This document shows positions 37,501 to 42,708 of a stretch of 64,000 bases of DNA, piece by piece. This DNA is from a virus. The number at the start of each line of letters is the position of its first letter. Positions within the stretch are counted from its first letter, which is position 1. The DNA is taken from the IMG/VR virus record IMGVR_UViG_3300045999_013278, positions 8,698-72,697 of that record; one strand, written 5' to 3'. A program made the position numbers and the translations under genes. The notes under the pieces are model-generated. The model made no database searches. It had not been told where the DNA came from and saw only the letters and a program-made list of their open reading frames with translations.

Positions 37501-38327
37501 TTTTTCTTTAATTCAGGCTCTTCGGACAAAATTCGGTCAACAGCTTCAATAGAGGATGGAGTGTTTTTATTAGATTTATACTCTTCCTCAAGATTTGCGA
37601 TTACTTGTAAATCTCCTAGCCTATTAAGCTGTTTTTGCATTTTAGTTCTTTTTCCGGCAGCAAATTTAGCTTTATCGAAACTACCGCTACTGATTAATTC
37701 TGCAAAAAAAGTTTCATAGACCTGGGACTTTCCTATAATTTCTTCATCAACTAGCCTAAATCCATCTTGAATTTTTTTAGCAAACTGTTTTGTACTTTTC
37801 CCTGTTAATTTAATAGACATCGATCTACCGATTTCTTCAGTAAATCCAACTGCAATATTATCAATACCTTTACCTATGGCATCAGCTACTTTTCCTACAG
37901 CCCTAAACGGCGACATGGCTATATTCGCAGCCATATTCACAGGTGACATAATTACACCCTTTACGACATCTCCTACAGTATTGTTTTTATTTCCACTGCC
38001 GTTATTGTTAACGCTAACATTAGCTGTAACCTTTCTTTGCCCTAATTTATCTAATTCCTTATTTAAGTTAGTTAATTCCCCGTCATCAACAAAAACTTTT
38101 AAAGGATTGTTTTTAAAATAAGTTTGTGTTTGCTTAAAGTGAGTTACCTTTAAGTCAAAATGTTTATTAAGGTTTTTTAGCGAGTCATCATTAACGCCTA
38201 TGGTTAAATTAAGATCTTTCTCTAGAAATTGAGCTTGTTTAATAGCCTCGACCCTAGCCTTTTTTATATCTTCCATTAGCTTGGAGTAATCACCAACTAA
38301 CTCAACAACTAATTGTGGTAATTCCAT
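25560..38327 (-). CDS. giant multidomain tail tape measure protein (alpha/beta-hydrolase-like, kinase-like, tape-measure core, M23 peptidase, lytic transglycosylase)
   Basis: position after tail chaperones; tape-measure core FENLERRIKF...QMSGKTVVSQEELRQQLAEAIP; HNGVD...HLHWEV; YETGG...ATGLIQF; C-terminal FAKGG...NEGERVL. Confidence 0.92.
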   Translation of the reverse strand: MELPQLVVELVGDYSKLMEDIKKARVEAIKQAQFLEKDLNLTIGVNDDSLKNLNKHFDLKVTHFKQTQTYFKNNPLKVFVDDGELTNLNKELDKLGQRKVTANVSVNNNGSGNKNNTVGDVVKGVIMSPVNMAANIAMSPFRAVGKVADAIGKGIDNIAVGFTEEIGRSMSIKLTGKSTKQFAKKIQDGFRLVDEEIIGKSQVYETFFAELISSGSFDKAKFAAGKRTKMQKQLNRLGDLQVIANLEEEYKSNKNTPSSIEAVDRILSEEPELKKKFETISSKKSSLSLDEHKRRFIPTIIKEAQPTDLSNKVILPLMKEVQPILNFIQGMQSYHTSKLSESHYQARKATFPILEPGQKVVSVIGGAEDKFGQGGRALATSLEPIVGKNIKLLPVENLDTDVSKRTAEIDKWTDDVLIKKLLPGMGSLSPTIKNAVRQIAYSLNPLGSDVAAAQALAHTRLAREQGNDASAISFSLGGASAYRYAKAAEYEGTKTKALAMAYPFSNLSNATPKGFASAILEKDPLTFPFKIGVYNPSSAMNILDDSGLRSSGANVHATHHLFRSPGFVEKFNDTVGSSLPTDKTSRDTMSDLQRLMLQVHQVVISTMHAKDLASKGQYSQGVIKNLFDSKYLFGQLSNERMPEQVRSMATILRGQAVDAGTLMLSNAEKTERPTGQLKDLPNDESHPGYQRYKQEASIINQSIESFKTRTVVPGAYFAGGLKREDVAARNQELSQKTIPWFKSQKQFEEYGREIIKGLEIVAKLQEEFVRTHGNISPKFLDKIDYLPTENLKTDVMEKIKFPDNVTDPGFMRYVDEVSGINESIQTFKENKAIPDKGWWAGGLNVGKVAERKRDLSIATIPWFESQKQFEEYGKKIVQGFKVILSLQEEFIKTKGNISPDFLDKIEYLPTIPGSEKIPKYASEQSPEFRNLSEYFEENLNLKKLPISDAMREHPASILGFNKMLKTIAPMMPDAKEIKAVGHGWSGAMALITDKLVYKTDLDPEGAKKIASKQEVKAYERLQGRYAPLLYAANEKESMIVEKIEGRDLKKIMEDYAAPIRASKEEQAKLKKETKPRIAKLENELENEKNPERRKEIKKAIEDLENANKLLDRQIRKDIKQFNEIFSQFYRYVGSLGRAMQDMGVVHNDLASANVFFKDYKIDPVTNKVDPGKISAIDLGMSTTMPSAKQKAEDEATTIQRALIDISLWGILDANKIRNSIKKGYKKALPIPEARQIDPSLLIPLNPAKEIPIGYSGKSLLQETVGDLPQFKPTAILPTYTVEKSYTPTPVSTIPKGYQVIKVNPVTQSTSVSATPNGYQVTRVNPVTQSTSGKDIEVSEKAKLAVKSAQELAAKFNANFAKLRSLLKDAETTGNFAPVIELSAAIKQYGDKAKADITKLRNSAGIDPNFAKSRESSQLSNSLSQITSVQNKAARISALHGGVRIGENIGAGVSKGVENSIGDLRTSSEKLAETVIDTVEEKLEIKSPSRWAIRTGQNIGNAMGVGADESLNNAKKIITSRVDEIRKGAENGLVLPSGYNKLPHINKGSLANLPINGLLQPSSGVDSTRLNSPRTTSVFSAPTGEFSKLYNPNISTEELRKTFAKQISKNLSSVVSTDEINRSLGLSPVILPDSYAKYKKQNNVSPIITSSSQLNPYSGSIPLANPLKPYQGLILPNNNNSNNGNNLILPGQRSGSGLPLILPPEKQPHVVRLTEAQESFKNVLLSAGNAVTNFSLILPRGRGWSSPNPLTTLAASGRMGWAQGGYNSILPKNIPQPSYQSLILPNSNQNPSRHLILPNSYVPPIPQVPQPSISFKIPNTTVGGVNPQLPPFLPNGIPQVPQSTIENGVKKNSQSFVRLGIMLGKYVGEGFTKGLQFLEGGNNGIIPSLIRQINRIKESVENGTITSDVEKDKERLSRGFSKGLGSIPGFKEAKERFKGYLDFLKEIANPNVSAALGEGLANGIVAAKELFVDFLKMPEKIKEGFIQAKVAFDSFVEGMSKVQKFGEMMDFVKSSIGNVVKVLALLAVGKIILDLAPASIEVAANFENLERRIKFTSGSISEGAKNIAFLRSEAKRLNVDLSQTLESGSKFFQATKDTPIEGYQSRQIVSAVTQASAVYGLDLDKQQRTFTALEQMSGKTVVSQEELRQQLAEAIPNASQIAANAYGTTTQSMNQLLSTGRVLAEDFLPKFAQQLKAQTSSGVGDAVNSSVAITNKFNNSLIELQESIGKTLLPFRNFSLSVFASGIDLVTKNLQLLKSVLLITLIKLGSPVWLMFATYLKGILFSAGGAKGALLGMSQSIATLAAQMFVLSMAMKAIDETMMNFKDSSGAIGEQTRNVTQSINEQRKLLNPSSKVSRDNFSAFREGFTLNPFDNDTKKLIKQMEDSAKQTTIGQQNTFDILKDSNSPAIKNAIQDIQFLDKSLDNIKMERRAIIANDPGNSEALRSLQEWEKRISGVREKPLELFGGTKANLDKQVETLKTYLEYWEELKKNPKLYQSEIDDINKIIKVTEQDLATVIQEQDKMTKAIKNSLTEMQKFAIEIRNLEAKFNDLRQYRDTALSLEKTNLFNLGSSGDVLPGQLEYTNNLKTQATLTGKIADNLKQIQEMSAQLEVNDLDRVLGTLNLNKRSGIDTLKAAQERSIDGSKEKEILSGFIKVKEMQIQTVDMQQQIAEQKYNLIQSLYQQTKQVTDYYRAAVRESQAVGIEFEKAQKTFENSKVQNKLREALIGAGDNIYTQFIEGIINVISQTTEIEKQQLEARKQRIDYQNNVQDIQLQAIELQRSLPGKIIPIDSSIADNFNLSLKNVNRTVDEINKNINNLSNSVVDATKKAEDSIKDLSKTSNSWIEGLGTKFADLVKSFENGFDRVGTAIADMGIKTSNWLASLATGQGLLQNLAGGVQSAVSTVFGEKAGQQLEQGAKEFVSNPLGAVKKFYGLDNLQTVNQTLLRPTPGRVTSKYGMRTDPLDGTRKMHNGVDFEDATGTPIKAPLTGTVITSKGGWNGGAGNMVEVETITAEGKKVVNRFFHLSELLKKVGDVVQQGDVIGKVGSTGRGTGSHLHWEVTINGQRINPTTQLGKTFKVPGIKLDTTKKVVDTTQDNKRLNRVADWPMPQQRPTKQRQSVPLVPGLDPRIDTKFLQSVAKIAQSVGANPEDLLKTMLYETGGTLSPSARNKRTNATGLIQFMPATARGLGTNIDALSQMSPQEQLVFVQKYLKQNSRGQKLDSFRKVLSTVFAGNPNASLGVGDGDITLGNYLPKAENRYGNTARQLVQIVMQGGSIQPNQMQEVVTQASRLKLNTAAQQYQTNQTNSNLNPEQIRENELKQRLEAYRLIMSSQKTAIGDISSTKDSTLGTRITVLKGLSPTMSNADMFSLQFNELRRKLEKDVELLEQIVRETDGAIAQKPDLQAAFNLAMKRFPNDPRLAAAAIQTNDLSFKATAFKNAEAKNSLKFLKSNIDSILKASMKDFDKKEFFRLSEQDISQQSKVIEQLQQQLQLVQKLEEIDPLNPLVLKIPSLQRNISLLELTRDQYQQLLDLQRRYYDGGGKGGNMSEAAFQKEFKAILNVNSVKREGVDLNFNYADTVKRIKQANDELTKSQTIQASQMKSLQLDNERFAIDNKDGMVSLVSLTNELTIKTNELTNAYKKQLLEIQGNALLSPQEKLIERQKAFRNYGKEKSNLDAENSYQTKLAPITNRGIELTKSQTIQASQMKSLQLDNERFAIDNKDGMVSLVSLTNELTIKTNELTNAYKKQLLEIQGNALLSPQEKLIERLKAFRNYGKEKSNLDAENSYQTKLAPITNRGIELGRMEKLNSSGSAISSEIIRGRGLFGVRDKELQKAQLLSQIKMDFEKEKNEIAKLGLSSNYSAEEISVLSENLLKLNELKLDNVAKEFNMFTEAISGIKGDFDNILKGFFMNDSVNKNAGDLQDINKSLDEIAKKRRDIIMNTSGNIQEVRNAYQNSGNNKQLKELDRAQRDLEKKKTELSKRSIVDAFSEIAKSILSNLAAVASKELSNQLFGKLTEIIFGNKAKDVGAIALNNAGANLSVSATMLQQAALVLQNIMGAGSKDGGVLDSIFGAFGESSFGILEGSSAIPFSSSGAFDFSDGFSLGGLDGGLDFGSATLPSFAKGGMVGDLLNKERAISGFNPRLIIANEGERVLTPKETKLWNQLNSSNKLESFSSGGMIGEGLGNINNVGRSGDTINITPNVNINNSEGGNGNINKALFEKALEAKIQETIKQERRPGGSLNRGGLYDR
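26916..27554. repeat. 318-bp near-perfect tandem duplication (106 aa) in TMP
   Basis: 26916-27236 vs 27234-27554, about 2 mismatches by eye. Confidence 0.9.
34335..34460. repeat. 63-bp tandem repeat x2 in TMP
   Basis: VS..P.GYQV..VNPVTQSTS twice. Confidence 0.8.
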
Positions 38328-38332
38328 ATAAT

Positions 38333-38766
38333 TTACTCTTCTAATAATAAACTGATTGAGGCTAGAACTTGAGGACTAACTAAACTATTCTCAAAGGCAA
38401 ACTTAATACAAGATTTTGTTTCTTCACTAATGCCCGCCTTGTCGGTTTTAACTTCATTCTTGAACGGTAAAAAATCAGTCCACGAAATATTTTTACCGCC
38501 CAAGAACCCATAAACCACTTCCGCCAACCTTGCTGTTGCAAAGCTTTTTTCGTTAGACTTGACCCTATCAATTTTTTCCAGTCTTGATAGGGTGTCTAAA
38601 ATTACAAAAGGCGGAAGTTGGAGGAAATTTACCCAGCTACTAAATCTACTGTCTTGGATTCCGTGCTTTTGGATCTGGAGGTAGATGGTGTACCAGTCAA
38701 TGTCTTGTCCGCTTCCACTTCCATATCCATCTTCTTCACTTCCTCCAGTGGAGTTAGTGCTTTTTT
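38333..38766 (-). CDS. tail assembly chaperone gpT portion (expressed by -1 frameshift)
   Basis: -1 frame stays open from the A8 slippery run through IDWYTIYLQIQKHGIQDSRFSSWVNFLQLP... to the stop at 38333. Confidence 0.8.
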
Positions 38767-39555
38767 TTCACCTTCAGGATCTTCTATAATGTTGAGGCTT
38801 TCGGATTGGTAAAACTCAAAGACGGCTTGGATTAATTCTTGGGGAAGTCCTGCAATGTCAGCAAAGCTTAAATTCTCGCAACCTAGGACATACTGGCGGT
38901 CAAAATTATCGTACAAGAATCCAAGTTCTCCGTCTTTAATTTTTCCGGGAGATTTCTCAATCACTACGTCCTGGACTTCAGAATCGTGATTTCCTTTAAC
39001 TACCAGAATTACATCACCGAATTTAATATTTGTCCCATCAGGAAGAGGGTATCCTAACTCTTCGATCTTAATTTTTTCACTATTTATTAAGACACTTTCT
39101 AGTAGTTCTACATGATAAGCGAGTCGTCCCGGAACAAATACGGGTTCGGGATTACCTTCGACGTAAAAACCTCCCATGATGGTTTTGGCGACAAAATTCC
39201 AAATTTCTAAAGTTGGAACTTCATTCTTGTTTAATTCGCTTAATTCTTCTTCGTACTCACTTAATACTGTATCTTGATCACTGGGAAAAACTCTAGTCCC
39301 GTCAACTTCCTTACCAAAAATGTATTCCGAAGCTTCTTCCCTGCTTATATCTTTATCCTTAGCAATACCTTTAATTACGGCATTAATTACGCCAGTAACT
39401 TGTTTTTTAGTAGCCGAATATTTTTTAACTTGTAACGACTCACCGGCTTTTACATAGCCCAATCTTTGCAAATACAAATAGCCGTGATTTTCTGTACCGA
39501 CAGCGACGATTTCTGCCTTTTTTTTCTTGGAATTGGAAGGTTTTACTTTTAGCAC
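38629..39555 (-). CDS. tail assembly chaperone gpG-like
   Basis: between tail tube and TMP; contains slippery site GAA AAA AAA G. Confidence 0.7.
   Translation of the reverse strand: MLKVKPSNSKKKKAEIVAVGTENHGYLYLQRLGYVKAGESLQVKKYSATKKQVTGVINAVIKGIAKDKDISREEASEYIFGKEVDGTRVFPSDQDTVLSEYEEELSELNKNEVPTLEIWNFVAKTIMGGFYVEGNPEPVFVPGRLAYHVELLESVLINSEKIKIEELGYPLPDGTNIKFGDVILVVKGNHDSEVQDVVIEKSPGKIKDGELGFLYDNFDRQYVLGCENLSFADIAGLPQELIQAVFEFYQSESLNIIEDPEGEKKALTPLEEVKKMDMEVEADKTLTGTPSTSRSKSTESKTVDLVAG
38760..38769 (-). other. programmed -1 ribosomal frameshift site (GAAAAAAAAG)
   Basis: A-AAA-AAA(G) heptamer joining gpG and gpT frames; conserved feature of long-tailed phages. Confidence 0.75.
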
Positions 39556-39779
39556 AATTCTATCTCCAGGTTTGTGTTAATTATGGTTGTGTTGTTGTCT
39601 TTAACTTCTGGGGGAATTTTTATCTTAAATTCTTCCCCCGTTTCTGAGAATAATGAAAGTTCTCCAGATAATCCGCCCCTAAAAAACGCCGCGCCACATA
39701 AAATTTTTGTCTCGCTAGAATTAAGTCGGCAGTTAAATAACGCAACAATGTTTTTAGATATATCTGCAAGGACTTTCAT
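39549..39779 (-). CDS. hypothetical protein (tail operon)
   Basis: ORF overlapping start of chaperone gene. Confidence 0.6.
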   Translation of the reverse strand: MKVLADISKNIVALFNCRLNSSETKILCGAAFFRGGLSGELSLFSETGEEFKIKIPPEVKDNNTTIINTNLEIELC

Positions 39780-39797
39780 TTAAAATTAGTATCCTGA

Positions 39798-40511
39798 TTA
39801 TGAGTAAGGGTCGACCCAAGTAAAGGAAGTCCCTTGCAAGTGAGCGGTAAAGGAATACTTTTTAACTTCGTTGTAACTACCGGGCTGGCTGTAGTCCGTA
39901 ATTAAAATAGCCGCTTCAATAATTTCGCCGTCTGGATAGACAGCGTAGAAATACAATTCGCGTCCAAAATAGCCGCCATCTCTTTGGGTTTGCTTAATAA
40001 GCTGTAGCGCAGGATCTCCGCCAACTGGGGAATCGTAATGGTTTTCTACGCCAGAGAATTGGATGGTTCTATCGCTACGGATGGCCTTTTTCTCAGTTCC
40101 AGTGCCACTTAAAGTATTGGTTGTGTCCACTGTGGTTGTTTGAGCGGCCAAGGGGAACTCTTGAATCCCGTACATGGGGAGCAAATCATCAACAATCCTT
40201 GCTGTACTTGCGGTAGCGATCGCGTATTTTGAACTAAAGATGGGAATGTTAGTCGCTGTAGTCGCTACGGTCACATCTTCCGAAATGAGGACATAAGTTC
40301 GCGCTTTATCCCCATCCTTGAAGAAGGATAGTGCCATACCTGCTTTTAAGTCTGTCGCTACAGAAGCAGTACAAGTAATTACGGTCGCGCCAACAGCGAC
40401 GGCTACTGTAGACGTAAGAGTTCTTGCGACTACAGTTCTTGTGCCTTTGGGCAATAGTAAGATTCCTGCACTAAAACCCTCTAAAGATGTAGTGTTGTAA
40501 GCTAAAGGCAT
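39798..40511 (-). CDS. major tail tube protein
   Basis: position; Thr/Val-rich; TTVDTTNT...QFSG...KYSFT..LQG tube-like C-terminus. Confidence 0.7.
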   Translation of the reverse strand: MPLAYNTTSLEGFSAGILLLPKGTRTVVARTLTSTVAVAVGATVITCTASVATDLKAGMALSFFKDGDKARTYVLISEDVTVATTATNIPIFSSKYAIATASTARIVDDLLPMYGIQEFPLAAQTTTVDTTNTLSGTGTEKKAIRSDRTIQFSGVENHYDSPVGGDPALQLIKQTQRDGGYFGRELYFYAVYPDGEIIEAAILITDYSQPGSYNEVKKYSFTAHLQGTSFTWVDPYS

Positions 40512-40534
40512 AGTTATTTTTTCCTTTAAAAAAA

Positions 40535-40909
40535 TTAAATCATCACCCTGTCGGCAATATAAATTCTTGCCTGTTCAATCACCTTTTCATCTGCCGGGGT
40601 ATTCGTAAATCTTGAAGTTACATAAGCCCTTCTAATCCTCTCTACCGCTAAACTTAAATTAGGCGTTGCTGCCCAATTTTTAAGGGTGATTTCCCAAAGT
40701 CTAGGGTGATATTTCATCCCAGCAGAAGATGAGCGAGGATCGCCAGATGGGATGTGGTTAATCAAAATCTCTAATCCGTTACTACTAGATGGCGGATTTA
40801 CTCCGCTACCGGATACCCAAATACTAGGAATAGGAACTCCGCCTTTATATGTCCCCACAAGTCCTGTGAGCAAATTTAAAAGTTCCGTCCTTAGTTCTTT
40901 TGAGGTCAT
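40535..40909 (-). CDS. putative tail terminator/completion protein
   Basis: size and position immediately upstream of tail tube. Confidence 0.5.
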   Translation of the reverse strand: MTSKELRTELLNLLTGLVGTYKGGVPIPSIWVSGSGVNPPSSSNGLEILINHIPSGDPRSSSAGMKYHPRLWEITLKNWAATPNLSLAVERIRRAYVTSRFTNTPADEKVIEQARIYIADRVMI

Positions 40910-40911
40910 TT

Positions 40912-41328
40912 TTATCTAACGGTAAGGGAGTAAGAGTTAATTAAGCCGCCTAAATCTACGATATCTCGTGGACTTCCCACCAAGTCACCACTTTTACGAA
41001 GGGTGTATCGTGGCCAGTTCCAAATGGGACTTTTTATGGAATCTTGCATCTCGTTGCCGAAATTACTACTAAGTTCAAAAAAAGAGTTTTTAATCGCATC
41101 CCCTAATCTCTTACTTTTACTAGAGTTAAGAATTGTTCTTGAAAATTCTTCCTTAAAATTAAAGCTATCGGCAGTTACCCAAACCCAAGGCCTTGCTGGT
41201 GCGGATTCACCACTCTTAAGAGTCCATCCCTCATGCAGTTTAGCTGCATAATCAACGTCCCACTTAAAAGTCGCTACCTGAGATTTGGGTAAATTTACAA
41301 GTTTTTCCCAATCGTTTGTTTTTACCAT
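40912..41328 (-). CDS. putative tail completion/neck protein (HK97 gp10-like)
   Basis: YAAKLHEG...ARPW and IVDLGGLINS motifs; position. Confidence 0.55.
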   Translation of the reverse strand: MVKTNDWEKLVNLPKSQVATFKWDVDYAAKLHEGWTLKSGESAPARPWVWVTADSFNFKEEFSRTILNSSKSKRLGDAIKNSFFELSSNFGNEMQDSIKSPIWNWPRYTLRKSGDLVGSPRDIVDLGGLINSYSLTVR

Positions 41329-41355
41329 TATATCACAAGGTATAAAAAATTACAT

Positions 41356-41760
41356 TTAATTTCTCAGGGAAAGGTTTAAATATCCAAAAATAACCTCTCC
41401 AAACCTCATAGTTAAAGACGAAAAAATAGGCTGTACTATGGGTAAGAATTTAAACTTACCTACATATTCTCTATCGCCTAAATCCAAGACAGCGTTAGCC
41501 TCAATCTCTAAGTCAAAAACTAGAGGAAGAGTTGAAGGCATCCAAATATTATTATTGTTTAAAGTTAAAATATTACCCTTAAGAAAAATATCAGTAATTT
41601 GGATACCTGGCATTTGATAATGAATAGGGTTTTTGGATTGCGCCACCCTAGCAAAAACTTCTACATTAGTTTTCTCCTCAATGGGGTTGCCGTAATCATC
41701 TTCTGTAAAGCTCCCATTACCTGCGAGTAAGTTAATTTTTAAATTAGGGTTATTTAACAT
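41356..41760 (-). CDS. putative head closure protein
   Basis: EDDYGNPIE motif; position; ATG at 41760 preferred. Confidence 0.5.
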   Translation of the reverse strand: MLNNPNLKINLLAGNGSFTEDDYGNPIEEKTNVEVFARVAQSKNPIHYQMPGIQITDIFLKGNILTLNNNNIWMPSTLPLVFDLEIEANAVLDLGDREYVGKFKFLPIVQPIFSSLTMRFGEVIFGYLNLSLRN

Positions 41761-41761
41761 C

Positions 41762-42397
41762 TTAAGTCCGAGGTCTATATTTATAAAATAACGGCAAAAG
41801 ATTAGCAAATGGTTTTAAATCATTAAAATCTTGGTAGACTATTTTCGCTCCCTGCGAACTCTCTTCTTTAATTATCTTCTGCTCTCTATATAGAACTTCT
41901 GCGATAGCTGCAATTACAGATTTAATTTTTAATATCTCTTGGGATTGGGAAGTTGCGGAAAAATTTAAACCTGCGCTGTAAGTAATTCTTATTTCTTGAG
42001 TTACGTTATTGCTACGACTCCTTCGTATACCTCTAATAATATTGGCATTTATATAGTTAAAATTATTAAGTTCTAAACAATCTCCAATTAAAAAGTAATT
42101 TTCTGATGGTAAAACTTCCCAATTTTGGCTAACTGGGATATCACCAAAACTAACAAATAAATTATTATACCTAACTTCTACTAAATTAATTGCCGTTACG
42201 GGTGCATAAACTAAGGCTATTTTATTTAAACCTAAAACCCTTTCTAATACATAATCCTTAATTACCAATTCCCGATTTGCGCCCAAGGATGATTCGCACA
42301 GAGATTGAGATCGCAAAATAAGTCCTTCTAATTCTAGATTACCAAGGACGGACAGCGATGGCGAAAAATTTCTCAATTCCTGTACGGTTAAAATCAT
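41762..42397 (-). CDS. putative head-tail adaptor
   Basis: LTVQEL..., IRITYSAG, LL..YKY pattern; position after capsid. Confidence 0.55.
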   Translation of the reverse strand: MILTVQELRNFSPSLSVLGNLELEGLILRSQSLCESSLGANRELVIKDYVLERVLGLNKIALVYAPVTAINLVEVRYNNLFVSFGDIPVSQNWEVLPSENYFLIGDCLELNNFNYINANIIRGIRRSRSNNVTQEIRITYSAGLNFSATSQSQEILKIKSVIAAIAEVLYREQKIIKEESSQGAKIVYQDFNDLKPFANLLPLFYKYRPRT

Positions 42398-42402
42398 CTT
42401 AA

Positions 42403-42648
42403 TTAATTTCCTAGCCTTGGGCAATTATCTTTGGAAAAATTTTCTGCACAAACAGGTTCGCCTGTCTGGTTAGTTTGGTATTGCGCCCCACAATTTTGGC
42501 AGTAGGGAATTTTGTTTCTTTTGAAGTATTCTGTAGAATAAACGCCCATTGCTTTTTTTATTACTTTTGCTTCTACCGCTGGCGTTTTAGTTTTGGTTGG
42601 AGGTTTTTTAGTTTCCTCAACCGGAATATTTTCGTTTTCTTCTGGCAC
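42403..42648 (-). CDS. small Cys-rich hypothetical protein
   Basis: CQNCG...C......CP. Confidence 0.55.
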   Translation of the reverse strand: MPEENENIPVEETKKPPTKTKTPAVEAKVIKKAMGVYSTEYFKRNKIPYCQNCGAQYQTNQTGEPVCAENFSKDNCPRLGN

Positions 42649-42677
42649 TTTCTTATCCTTAAATTTAATCTTAAAAG

Positions 42678-42703
42678 TTACCCTTAACTTAAGTTAAGGG
42701 TAA
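42678..42703. terminator. 26-bp perfect palindrome after capsid gene
   Basis: TTACCCTTAACTTAAGTTAAGGGTAA. Confidence 0.6.
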
Positions 42704-42708
42704 AAAAC

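Noticed and set aside
25615-38121. Many 60-190 aa + strand ORFs inside the TMP (and similar shadows inside other long genes)
   Set aside because: Antisense shadows of a long coding frame, Ser/Leu/Phe-rich, without RBS or motifs.
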